Source of the DNA: an uncultured Mycoplasma sp.
GTDB lineage: Bacteria; Bacillota_I; Bacilli_A; RF39; UBA660
Length of the DNA: 64,000 nt
Assembly: GCA_964538205.1 (NCBI GenBank)
Contig: CAZIFN010000001.1
Span: forward strand, 3,108 to 67,107
Direction of reading: 5' to 3'
The position numbers and the translations under genes are program-made. The notes under the pieces are model-generated. The model was not told where the DNA came from. It was given only the letters and a program-made list of their open reading frames with translations, and ran no database searches. How positions within the stretch are numbered: the first letter of the stretch is position 1; each line of letters starts with the position of its first letter. This document shows, piece after piece, positions 29,854-39,251 of this stretch.

Positions 29854-31224
29854 TTATTCCTTAGTAATCCTAATTTTTACTTTCTTTGTCTTAGGTTTAT
29901 ATGTAAGCTTAACATCTCCACCAGTAACAGTTACTTCAACTTCATGCTCTCCAACACCATATTTCTTCAAATCAACATAAGCCTTGATAGAACTTGAATC
30001 TAATGAATTAATAACATCTTCGCTACCCTCAACAATAACTGTAATCTTACTATCATCCTCAGACATAGCTTGAGCCTTATATCCAGACGCTACATTTTCA
30101 GCACTAACAGATATATCTTCAAATTCCTTTGTAATAGAATTATCAACCTCTACTGTTATTTTAACAGTCTTAGAACTTATTTCTGTAATTCCAGTAGGCT
30201 TCTTCAAAGTTACATTAAACTCTTTATCATCTTTTAAATCCTTAACATCAATCTCAACTTCTAATTGTTCTAATTTATTAACAGCTTCTTCCTCACCATA
30301 AACAGTAACACTAGAAACAGAAGAATCAATAGATTTAATTGCCTTACCAAAAGCCAACTTTCCAGTAGGAACAATCTTAATTGGTACTTCTTTACTAGGA
30401 GAAGTAATAGTTATTTTAGCATCAACAGTCTTTGGAACAATTTCAACATCAACAATTTTTCCATTAGTATCATAAGCAACCAAAGGAACATCCTTCAATG
30501 TAATTTCCCCAGCTTTTGGATTAGGTATATTAGTAGCATCAACCAAAGCCTTAACCGTTGCTACTTTTTCTAATTTATATTTTGCACCCTTGACAATAAC
30601 ATTATTTCTATCCAGTTCTATATTGTCAATATACAATTTACTATCCAAACTATCCTGATGTAATAAATCATGAGTCAAACTACGAGTTTCACTTTCTTTA
30701 TTATAAATAGTAACAGTTACCTGAGAAGGATCTAGCTTATAATCTAAAGACTTTAATCTTTGAGAATATTTCAAAGTGACCTTATGATTACCAGGTTTCA
30801 ATCCCGTTAAGTCTACAGACACACCTTTAGATGGAGATTGTTTTGCTAAAAATATATGTCTTTTTTGACCAACTAAAGTAATATCTACAGTCTTAGGTAA
30901 CCCTTCTACAACATATAATTCTTCATTATACACAGCAGTAACCGGTTGATTATAAAGTATTTCAGCATATTGATCAATTATTACATTTGACTCTTTATCA
31001 ATAATAACAAAAACGCCAAAAGCTAAAAGCAAACTTATAATAAGTAAAGTAGACTTTTTGCTCATTAATCGATCTATATTCTTTGCATTATCTTTGAAAA
31101 AATTAGTAATTTTTAATATAAATTTAGTTATAGGTGTAATAAGTATTCGATCGAAGAATGTTCCAATACGATGAAAGATTCTTCCTATTTTTCTAAATAT
31201 TTTCTTCATAAATCTCTTCCTCAT
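29854..31224 (-). CDS. cdaR: CdaR (YbbR-domain regulator of diadenylate cyclase)
   Basis: 456 aa. A TM helix is followed by four YbbR-like beta repeats. It lies immediately downstream of cdaA with a 32-nt overlap at the first in-frame ATG. A later start at 31065 (MSKKSTLLII...) is also possible. Confidence 0.7.
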   Translation of the reverse strand: MRKRFMKKIFRKIGRIFHRIGTFFDRILITPITKFILKITNFFKDNAKNIDRLMSKKSTLLIISLLLAFGVFVIIDKESNVIIDQYAEILYNQPVTAVYNEELYVVEGLPKTVDITLVGQKRHIFLAKQSPSKGVSVDLTGLKPGNHKVTLKYSQRLKSLDYKLDPSQVTVTIYNKESETRSLTHDLLHQDSLDSKLYIDNIELDRNNVIVKGAKYKLEKVATVKALVDATNIPNPKAGEITLKDVPLVAYDTNGKIVDVEIVPKTVDAKITITSPSKEVPIKIVPTGKLAFGKAIKSIDSSVSSVTVYGEEEAVNKLEQLEVEIDVKDLKDDKEFNVTLKKPTGITEISSKTVKITVEVDNSITKEFEDISVSAENVASGYKAQAMSEDDSKITVIVEGSEDVINSLDSSSIKAYVDLKKYGVGEHEVEVTVTGGDVKLTYKPKTKKVKIRITKE

Positions 31225-32032
31225 CTAATTCATCATCTTCATCAAATTCAATATCTTGTTTAGGTCTTAACTCATCAATTAATAACATTCTAGTATCATC
31301 AATTGTTAAATTATATAATAACTCACCCTTTAAAGCCACAGAAATTCTACCAGTTTCTTCAGAAACAACGATACATATAGAATCTGTCTCTTCTGCTAAG
31401 CCAAGTGCCGCTCTATGCCTAGTTCCAAGTCTTTTATTAATTTTTTGACTACTACTAGTTGGAAAAACAGCACCTGCACATGTAATTCTATCACCTTGAA
31501 TAATAACGCCACCATCATGTAAAGGATTTCCTTCATAAAATATAGCAATCAATAAATCACTAGATAAATCTGCATACAATTTTTTTGCTTTATCAATATA
31601 GTTTCCTAAACTAATATCACGCTCTATTACAATTAAAGCTCCAATTCTTTCTTTTCGTAAATAATCAATAGCATTAATTAGTTCATAAACCATTCTTTCT
31701 CTTTCATCAACAGTCAAAACCTTATGTCTACCTAACAATTGACTTCTACCAAGCTGTTCCAAAATAGTTCTAATCTCTGGTTGAAATATTACAATTAATG
31801 CAATAGGTCCCCACTGTATTATATATTCAAGTAAAACACCAATAGTTGTAAAACCAAATATATCACTCACAATCTTTAAAATTATTACAAAAGCAACACC
31901 CTTAAATAATAAAGACAATTTCACATTATTCTTAATATTTTTCAAAATTAAATAAAAAACCAACCATACTAAAGAAATATCAACAACCTTTCTTAGTATA
32001 GATATAATATCTGTCATAGTTATTGTCATCAC
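31193..32032 (-). CDS. cdaA: Diadenylate cyclase (c-di-AMP synthase) CdaA
   Basis: 279 aa. Three N-terminal TM helices plus a DisA_N (DAC) domain: DGGVIIQGDRITCAGAVFP, RLGTRHRAALGLAEETDSICIVVSEETGRISVA. Confidence 0.9.
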   Translation of the reverse strand: MMTITMTDIISILRKVVDISLVWLVFYLILKNIKNNVKLSLLFKGVAFVIILKIVSDIFGFTTIGVLLEYIIQWGPIALIVIFQPEIRTILEQLGRSQLLGRHKVLTVDERERMVYELINAIDYLRKERIGALIVIERDISLGNYIDKAKKLYADLSSDLLIAIFYEGNPLHDGGVIIQGDRITCAGAVFPTSSSQKINKRLGTRHRAALGLAEETDSICIVVSEETGRISVALKGELLYNLTIDDTRMLLIDELRPKQDIEFDEDDELDEEEIYEENI

Positions 32033-32105
32033 ATCGTCTCCTTCAAAATACTCTTCTAGTATACATAATTTTTTTTAAATAGTAAAGTTCCACAAAATCT
32101 AATAA

Positions 32106-32621
32106 TCAAATTACCTCATTATTTTCTACACTATTTAAAGAGTCTGCAGCACTATTCTTTGAAATAGCACTTTTTTGTTCACTTGTTACTCCAAGAACAT
32201 TCAATGTAGAAGAAACCTCCGCAACCTCCATAGGATTAATAAGAATAGGCGTACCTACTTTTTTATTACTTGACACAGTTTCTTTTAGAGAAGTATCATC
32301 ATTTATTAAAGAACTATCAGCACCATCATTATATATATCTTGAGCAGCCAAAACACTAGTAACACTCAAAGGTTCACTGACTAATTGTTCCGAATTAGTA
32401 TTATTTAAAGCAAAATTAACCTCAACACGCTTATTACTTCCAGATGGATCAACAATAACAACTTTTGAAGCATCTTCTAATTGTTTCTGCTTTCTTTGTA
32501 ATTTATTTCTTTTTAATAATAAATGTATACATATACAAATCAAAATAGTGCACACAAAAGAAACAGCAACATACAAATCACCAATTAAAGTATCTCTAAA
32601 AAACGCTAATATGCTTTTCAA
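32106..32621 (-). CDS. Membrane-anchored Ser/Asn-rich protein of unknown function
   Basis: 171 aa with a single N-terminal TM helix. Confidence 0.4.
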   Translation of the reverse strand: MKSILAFFRDTLIGDLYVAVSFVCTILICICIHLLLKRNKLQRKQKQLEDASKVVIVDPSGSNKRVEVNFALNNTNSEQLVSEPLSVTSVLAAQDIYNDGADSSLINDDTSLKETVSSNKKVGTPILINPMEVAEVSSTLNVLGVTSEQKSAISKNSAADSLNSVENNEVI

Positions 32622-32716
32622 AATGCCACCCTCTTATAATATATAATAACATTATAGGCCAGATTTATCAAGGCAAAGTAAAAATTACTTATAAACAAAA
32701 AAAAGACGTATTCGCC

Positions 32717-32920
32717 TTATTTTGTAGTTTCAATATGATTAAATAAAATACCAATATTAAATATACCAGATACACCAACTAAAACATAAATAATATTAGT
32801 AAATAAACTATCAACACCAAGTATTGTTTCTACTAAATTAAAATCTAAAAGTCCAATTAATCCCCAATTAATAGCACCAATAATAGTAATAACCAATAAT
32901 ATTTTTTGTACTGTTTCCAT
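32717..32920 (-). CDS. DUF378-family small membrane protein
   Basis: The likely start is METVQKILLVITIIGAINWGLIGL... at 32920 with RBS AGGAGGG; the track ORF is longer. The motifs NWGLIG and VLVG..G are typical of DUF378. Confidence 0.5.
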   Translation of the reverse strand: METVQKILLVITIIGAINWGLIGLLDFNLVETILGVDSLFTNIIYVLVGVSGIFNIGILFNHIETTK

Positions 32921-32982
32921 TATATCCCTCCTATATATATCATTTGCAAAAGCATCCAAAATATACAAGAAATTATACAATT

Positions 32983-33951
32983 TTACTTTATTCTTCTAAC
33001 ACCAATAATAACAGTACCGGAACCTGTAATCCACGAATCTACATTACTCAAAATAACACCAGAAGAAGGATTTGCAGCATGAATCATTTTACCATTTCCA
33101 ACATATAAAGCAGAATGTGTAGACGTACCATCAGCATAACCAAAATTCAAAATATCACCAGGTAAAGCATCATCATAACTTACAGAAATTCCATCATATA
33201 ATTGTGTGCTAGAACTCCTACTAATAGAATATCCAAGCTGTTTATAAACGTATTGTACGAAACCAGAACAATCAAAACTATAAGGTCCATAGCCACCATA
33301 AGAATAAGCACTTCCCAACAACGAATATGCAATATCAACAGCCTGCTGACCTATAATTCGTTCATTAACAACTATACCGTAAGTTGCATTAGAAGAATTT
33401 CCATTCTTATCAACAGCACAAATATTAACATCATACTCACCAGGAACATTATAATCATAATCACTATAAACAGTATAATAATCAACAAGATCATCAGTAA
33501 CTAAAGAACTATCAATATAATTAATATATCCATCAACAGAATCATAAACATTTTCAATATTATTAATAAGATCATAATCTTGACCCTGTTCAAGAACAAT
33601 TATCTCATCTTTAACAGAAATTTCAGGAGATACACTATCTTTAACCTCTATAGAAACAGGTATTTCCCTAGAAATAATGCCTTTAGAAACAATAAGAATT
33701 AATTCCTGCTTTCCAATTTCATCAGTAGCAATATCTTGCTTAACAGAAATAATTTTTCCATCAACACCATTAATTAATTTATCCAAATCATAATTAGCAT
33801 TACCATACTCAACAATAGGAGTATTAACAGTATCAATAGTAATACTATTATAAATTTCTTTATAACAAAAGGTATATATACAAAGCATCATTATAACTAA
33901 AGCTAAAAAAGATACAAAAAACCTTCTGAAAGCTTTAAAAGTAATATTCAT
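32983..33951 (-). CDS. NlpC/P60-family peptidoglycan hydrolase with an N-terminal TM anchor and Ig-like (DUF5011-like) domain
   Basis: 322 aa. The C-terminal catalytic domain YSYGGYGPYSFDCSGFVQYVYKQ...STHSALYVG...IHAAN carries the Cys/His signature. The middle segment GEYDVNICAVDKNGNSS is Ig-like. Confidence 0.8.
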   Translation of the reverse strand: MNITFKAFRRFFVSFLALVIMMLCIYTFCYKEIYNSITIDTVNTPIVEYGNANYDLDKLINGVDGKIISVKQDIATDEIGKQELILIVSKGIISREIPVSIEVKDSVSPEISVKDEIIVLEQGQDYDLINNIENVYDSVDGYINYIDSSLVTDDLVDYYTVYSDYDYNVPGEYDVNICAVDKNGNSSNATYGIVVNERIIGQQAVDIAYSLLGSAYSYGGYGPYSFDCSGFVQYVYKQLGYSISRSSSTQLYDGISVSYDDALPGDILNFGYADGTSTHSALYVGNGKMIHAANPSSGVILSNVDSWITGSGTVIIGVRRIK

Positions 33952-34005
33952 AATATTTCCCCCTGAGGTTTGTTATTATAGCACTCTTACCAAATATTGT
34001 CAAAA

Positions 34006-34320
34006 TCACTCCACAATTTTAGTATACTCATTATCTAACATTTGATACTTTTCATTAATCTTTTCTAAATCTAATTTTTCTAAACAATACCAACCTTTTC
34101 TAAACATCAATTCAAAAACATCTCTTTGTAATGAAGCAATTTTTAAAAATACTTCTTTATGAAATTGATATAACTTTTCACTACTAGCTTCAGTCATAGC
34201 TAAAACATAATTTTTTTCCATATCTTTCAAAGTAGATAATAAAGAATTAATATAGTCCTTATCGTTTAAAGAAATTCCCTCAGGCACTTCTACTTTTTTA
34301 TTACATATTTTATTATTCAT
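34006..34320 (-). CDS. Spore coat protein, Coat_F-domain family (YraD/YraF/CotF-like)
   Basis: 104 aa. LNDKDYINSLLSTLKDMEKNYVLAMTEASSEKLYQ ... VFELMFRKGWY matches the Coat_F pattern (LNDxDLLNDLL...EK...Y...E.S...L ... KGWY). Confidence 0.55.
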   Translation of the reverse strand: MNNKICNKKVEVPEGISLNDKDYINSLLSTLKDMEKNYVLAMTEASSEKLYQFHKEVFLKIASLQRDVFELMFRKGWYCLEKLDLEKINEKYQMLDNEYTKIVE

Positions 34321-34540
34321 AACTAATACCTCCCAAAATATCTAAAACTGTATTTAAATTATCATCAAATAATTCACATGCTCTCTCCATAATATCAATG
34401 ATTTCCTTATCATTAACATTACTTAAAGAATCATTAACACATTTTAAAGAACCATAATTCCATTGAAACATATCAGTCAAATAATCTAAATCTTTTCCTG
34501 TTAAAATATTATTAGGAACTTCTGCATATTGTCCATTCAT
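34313..34540 (-). CDS. Small protein of unknown function, translationally coupled to the CotF-like gene
   Basis: The likely start is MNGQYAEVPNN... at 34540 after RBS GGAGGAG; the track ORF extends to 34603. It overlaps the downstream gene by 8 nt. Confidence 0.45.
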   Translation of the reverse strand: MNGQYAEVPNNILTGKDLDYLTDMFQWNYGSLKCVNDSLSNVNDKEIIDIMERACELFDDNLNTVLDILGGISYE

Positions 34541-34648
34541 ATAAATCTCCTCCTCAATAATATTCTGAACAAAAAAAATAAATATAAACAAAAAAATGTA
34601 CATATTTAAAATAACTGTACATTTTAAATCAAAATAAATTAAAAACCA

Positions 34649-35047
34649 CTATTTTTCTTCTATTGAACACGAACCATCAGTATTTGTCTCAAACCATTCA
34701 CTAAATTCATCTAAATAATTATCAATACCAACTTGCTTAGCATATTCTTGTTGTCCTTCTAAATCATAAGTCATATTTTCTGTCAAAAATCCAACTATAC
34801 CATCATCATCATACATAATAGTAATACCACCTTCAGAATATTTACATACAAGTTTATTAGAAGTAGCAGAAACAGATAAAACTAAAACAAGAGCTAATAC
34901 AATCAATCCTACTATACAAACAATAATTATAGTTAAAATTTTTCTTTTAGGCTTTTTTGGCTGATTAAGATTAGTATTAAATTGTTGATTAGGATATTGC
35001 ATAGCACCTTGATTCATATTCTGCATATTATTATTCATAGTAAACAC
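34649..35047 (-). CDS. Membrane-anchored protein with an Asn/Gln-rich N-terminus
   Basis: 132 aa with a single TM helix and an acidic ectodomain. Function unknown. Confidence 0.45.
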   Translation of the reverse strand: MFTMNNNMQNMNQGAMQYPNQQFNTNLNQPKKPKRKILTIIIVCIVGLIVLALVLVLSVSATSNKLVCKYSEGGITIMYDDDGIVGFLTENMTYDLEGQQEYAKQVGIDNYLDEFSEWFETNTDGSCSIEEK

Positions 35048-35197
35048 CTCCTATCTTATAACAAGTGTAACTTTTTTTTTTTTTTTAGCAAGCTTTTTTT
35101 ATTTGTCAACATATTTTTTGTAAAATTATTCCACAAAGTCAAAACATTTATTAACATAAATTAAAAACGAACCAAAATGGTTCGAGCAATTCATCAC

Positions 35198-35576
35198 TGG
35201 TGGAGCTGAGGAGAATCGAACTCCTGTCCGAAAATACAGCTACATAAACTTCTACAAGCTTAGTTAACTAATTAATTTCATATATTATCCAAGTAATTAA
35301 CGACCAAGATAATACACTATCCTTAAATTTCTTTCTATCTCCCAGGAAAAAGATAGAAATAACCTATTAAAATGAACCTTCTATAATTACATAGGTAATA
35401 ATTAAAGAAAGCGCAGACCTATATTATTATTAGGCAAAAGCAACAGCTTGGCGAGTACCAAACATGTTAGCAACTGCATTTTTTAAATTTTTTGCATTTA
35501 TTTTTTTGTGCCCGTAACGTGGACATTCGACTTGCCATCTATGCTCTAATATTCCCGTCGAAACCAAATCAGCCCC
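35198..35576 (-). ncRNA. ssrA: tmRNA (transfer-messenger RNA, SsrA)
   Basis: Minus-strand 5' GGGGCUGAUUUGGUUUCGACGGG... and 3' ...GGACAGGAGUUCGAUUCUCCUCAGCUCCACCA form the tRNA-like domain. The acceptor helix GGGGCUG/CAGCUCC has the G3:U wobble (AlaRS identity). An internal ORF encodes ...ANMFGTRQAVAFA followed by UAA UAA. A hairpin terminator (CGAACCA-aaa-TGGTTCG plus T-run) lies at 35165-35184. Confidence 0.85.
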
Positions 35577-35695
35577 ATGCATTCATATTATAACATAAAA
35601 CACCTAAAAAAGCCAGTGTAAAGACATAGAATTTTGAAAAGCAAGCTAATAAAAAAAGAATAAATATGATATACTACAAATAGGATGGTGATAAT

Positions 35696-37921
35696 ATGGA
35701 AACATGGAAAAAATTTAAAGAAGGAAAATGGACAGAAACAATAGATGTAAGTAATTTTATTAAAACAAATTACACAAAATATGACGGTGATGAAAACTTT
35801 CTCGCAACACCAAGTAATAAAACAAAAAACATCTGGGATACATGTCAAAAATTACTAAAAAAAGAATTAAAAAAACATGTTTTATCAATAGATACAAAAC
35901 ATATGTCTGGAATAAATTCATTTAAACCAGGATACATTTGCAAAGAAGATAATATAATTGTAGGACTACAGACTGATGCACCATTAAAAAGAATAATAAA
36001 CCCATACGGAGGTATACGTATGGTATATCAAGAATTAGACGCTTATAATTATAAATTAGATCAAACTGTTGATAAATACTTTAATGAGTTCCGAAAAACA
36101 CACAATTCAGGTGTATTTGACGCATATACAGAAGAAATAAGAAAAGCAAGACATGTAGGACTATTAACAGGACTACCAGATGCATATGGACGAGGAAGAA
36201 TAATTGGTGACTATCGAAGAATTGCTCTATATGGAATCGATTATCTAAAAGAACAAAAAGAAAAAGACTGGAATAATCTAACTGGTCCTATGACAAATGA
36301 ATTAATTCAGTTACGAGAAGAAATTGCAGAACAATATCGAGCTCTAGATGAAATAAAAGATATGGCAAAGTCATATGGATATAATATATCTAAACCAGCA
36401 AAAAATGCAAAAGAAGCAATTCAATGGACATATTTTGGATACCTAGCAGCAATAAAAGAAAATAATGGAGCTGCGATGAGTTTAGGAAGAGTTGATGCCT
36501 TCTTTGATATATATATAGAAAAAGATATAAAAGATGGTATTTTAACAGAAAAAAAAGCACAAGAATTAATAGATCAATTTGTAATCAAATTAAGATTAGT
36601 AAGACATTTACGAACTCCAGATTATGATACCTTATTTTCAGGAGATCCTACCTGGGTAACTTGTAGTATTGCTGGTATGTTAAACAACAAAGAACACCTA
36701 GTAACAAAAACATCTTATCGCCTTATTCACACATTAACTAATCTAGGACCTGCACCAGAACCAAATTTAACAATACTATGGGATGAAAAATTACCTAAAA
36801 GTTTCAAAAAATACTGTGCAAAAATGTCTATAGAAACAGATGCTATACAATACGAAAACGATGATCTAATGCGAGAAATATATGGTAGTGACTATGCTAT
36901 TGCTTGCTGTGTATCTGCAATGAGATTAGGAAAAGACATGCAATTCTTTGGAGCAAGATGTAATCTAGCAAAAGCACTACTCTATTCTATAAATGGTGGT
37001 ATAGATGAAATCAAAAAAACAAAAGTACTTGAAAATATAGAATTAATGACTGATGAATATCTTGACTACAAAAAAGTTAAACAAGCATATTTCAAAACAT
37101 TAGAAAAAGTAGCCGAAATATATTCAAATGCTATGAATATAATTCACTATATGCACGATAAATATGCTTATGAAGCAGGACAAATGGCTCTACATGATAG
37201 TAATGTTCATAGATACATGGCATATGGAGTTGCCGGCTTATCAGTAGTAGCCGATTCACTCTCAGCTATAAAATATGCCAAAGTAAAACCAATACGTAAT
37301 AAAGATGGAATATGCATAGATTTTGAAATAGAAGGTGACTTTCCAAAATATGGTAATGATGACGACCGAGTAGATGACATAGCAATTGAAATAGTTAACA
37401 AATTTTCAACAGAATTAAAAAAACACCCTTCATATCGTAATGCTGAACAAACACTATCTGTATTAACAATAACTTCAAACATAGTATATGGAGAAAAAAC
37501 AGGTGCCACTCCAGACGGAAGAAAATCAGGTGTTGCCTTTGCACCCGGAGCTAATCCAATGCATGGAAGAGATACAACAGGTGCCATAGCATCCCTTAAT
37601 TCTGTAGCAAAGCTTCCATATGAAAGATGTTGTAAAGATGGAATATCAAATACATTTACCATCGTACCAAGTGCATTAGGAATGGATAAAAATCAGCAAA
37701 TTGAAAATCTTATCAATTTAATGGATGGTTATTTTATACAAGGAGCACATCATCTAAATGTAAATGTATTAAATAAAGAAACTCTAATAGATGCCATGAA
37801 CAATCCAGAAAAATACCCTTTACTCACAATACGAGTATCAGGTTATTCTGTTCATTTTAATAGACTAACAAAAAAACAACAAAAAGAAGTAATAGAAAGA
37901 ACCTTTCACGAAAAAATATAA
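35696..37921 (+). CDS. pflB: Formate C-acetyltransferase (pyruvate formate-lyase)
   Basis: 741 aa with the glycyl-radical motif RVSGYSVHF near the C-terminus and the active-site Cys-Cys context [14 protein letters not shown]. Confidence 0.95.
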   Translation: METWKKFKEGKWTETIDVSNFIKTNYTKYDGDENFLATPSNKTKNIWDTCQKLLKKELKKHVLSIDTKHMSGINSFKPGYICKEDNIIVGLQTDAPLKRIINPYGGIRMVYQELDAYNYKLDQTVDKYFNEFRKTHNSGVFDAYTEEIRKARHVGLLTGLPDAYGRGRIIGDYRRIALYGIDYLKEQKEKDWNNLTGPMTNELIQLREEIAEQYRALDEIKDMAKSYGYNISKPAKNAKEAIQWTYFGYLAAIKENNGAAMSLGRVDAFFDIYIEKDIKDGILTEKKAQELIDQFVIKLRLVRHLRTPDYDTLFSGDPTWVTCSIAGMLNNKEHLVTKTSYRLIHTLTNLGPAPEPNLTILWDEKLPKSFKKYCAKMSIETDAIQYENDDLMREIYGSDYAIACCVSAMRLGKDMQFFGARCNLAKALLYSINGGIDEIKKTKVLENIELMTDEYLDYKKVKQAYFKTLEKVAEIYSNAMNIIHYMHDKYAYEAGQMALHDSNVHRYMAYGVAGLSVVADSLSAIKYAKVKPIRNKDGICIDFEIEGDFPKYGNDDDRVDDIAIEIVNKFSTELKKHPSYRNAEQTLSVLTITSNIVYGEKTGATPDGRKSGVAFAPGANPMHGRDTTGAIASLNSVAKLPYERCCKDGISNTFTIVPSALGMDKNQQIENLINLMDGYFIQGAHHLNVNVLNKETLIDAMNNPEKYPLLTIRVSGYSVHFNRLTKKQQKEVIERTFHEKI

Positions 37922-37923
37922 AA

Positions 37924-38640
37924 ATGAAAACAAGCATTGATTCGATAGAAACATTTGGACTAGTAGATGGTCCTGGCATAAGAGTTGTAATATTTTTTAC
38001 AGGATGTAAATTAAGATGTAAATATTGTCATAATCCAGAAATGTTCACAAAAAAAGAAAATAATTATACCATAAATGAAGTATTCCATAAAATAATAAGA
38101 TGTAAACCTTATTTCAAAGATACAGGTGGCGTAACATTCTCTGGTGGTGAACCATTATTAAATGACAAATTTATAATTGAACTATCAAAACTACTAAAAA
38201 AAGAAAACATAAACATCGCCATTGATACAGCTGGAGTAGGCAATGGTAACTATCAAGAAATACTTAAAAATATAGATTTAGTAATATTAGACATAAAACA
38301 TACAAATAAAGATCTATATAAAGAATTAACTGGAAAAGACATAAATGAAGTAGAAAACTTTATACAAGAATTAAATAAATTAAATAAAAAAGTCTGGATA
38401 AGACAAGTAATAGTACCAGAACTAACAGATAGTAAAGAATACATTAATAGTTTAATTGAATATCTAAAAAAAATAAAAAACATAGAAAAAGTTGACTTTT
38501 TACCATTTCATCGCCTTGGAAGAGAAAAATACATTTCTATGAATATACCATATCCGTTTGAAAATAAAAAAGATATGGACAAAGATAAATGTAATGAATT
38601 ATATGAATATTTTATAAAAAATTATCAAAAAGAGAACTAA
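37924..38640 (+). CDS. pflA: Pyruvate formate-lyase activating enzyme (radical SAM)
   Basis: 238 aa with the CxxxCxxC motif CKLRCKYCHNPE. It lies immediately downstream of pflB. Hairpin terminator at 38631-38655. Confidence 0.9.
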   Translation: MKTSIDSIETFGLVDGPGIRVVIFFTGCKLRCKYCHNPEMFTKKENNYTINEVFHKIIRCKPYFKDTGGVTFSGGEPLLNDKFIIELSKLLKKENINIAIDTAGVGNGNYQEILKNIDLVILDIKHTNKDLYKELTGKDINEVENFIQELNKLNKKVWIRQVIVPELTDSKEYINSLIEYLKKIKNIEKVDFLPFHRLGREKYISMNIPYPFENKKDMDKDKCNELYEYFIKNYQKEN

Positions 38641-38690
38641 GACAGTTCTCTTTTATTCTACTAAATGTATTATAAATACAAAATATTTAA

Positions 38691-39128
38691 TTAAACACAT
38701 TTAATATTCTTTTGCATTTCCCTTTTAATATCTCTTTCTTTTATTGTTTCACGCTTATCAAATGACTTTTTACCAAGACAAACACCTAAAAGAACTTTTA
38801 ATTTATTATCTTTAAAATACAACTTAATAGGAACTAAAGTTAATCCTTTAACTTCTACAGCTTGCATTAGTTTTTTTATTTCCTTCTTATGAAGTAATAA
38901 TTTTCTACTTCTAGTCTCCTCATGATTAAATATATTACCTTCTTTATATTGACCAATGTACATATTTAAAAGAAATACTTCACCATTTTTTATTATTCCA
39001 TAACAATCTTTAATATTACAAGAACCATTTCTAACTGCTTTAATTTCAGTACCAGTTAAAACAATACCCGCTTCATATTCCTCTTTAATAAAATAATCAA
39101 ATTTTGCTTTACGATTAATTATTTCCAT
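38691..39128 (-). CDS. smpB: SsrA-binding protein
   Basis: 145 aa. ...GIVLTGTEIKA..., LLLHKKEI and the basic C-terminal tail are typical of SmpB. Confidence 0.9.
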   Translation of the reverse strand: MEIINRKAKFDYFIKEEYEAGIVLTGTEIKAVRNGSCNIKDCYGIIKNGEVFLLNMYIGQYKEGNIFNHEETRSRKLLLHKKEIKKLMQAVEVKGLTLVPIKLYFKDNKLKVLLGVCLGKKSFDKRETIKERDIKREMQKNIKCV

Positions 39129-39251
39129 ATAACCACCCTTTCATTATATCCCTATATAATTCAGAATATTTTAAATTTACAATTATTTTATAATTAACTT
39201 CATCAATATAAACAACTTTATTAAATATATTTATTATTTTAAAAGTAAAAA

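Noticed and set aside
35588-35848. 86-aa minus-strand ORF overlapping the pflB start and promoter region
   Set aside because: It is Cys/Phe-rich nonsense antisense to the strongly supported pflB 5' end and lies in the divergent pflB/ssrA promoter region.
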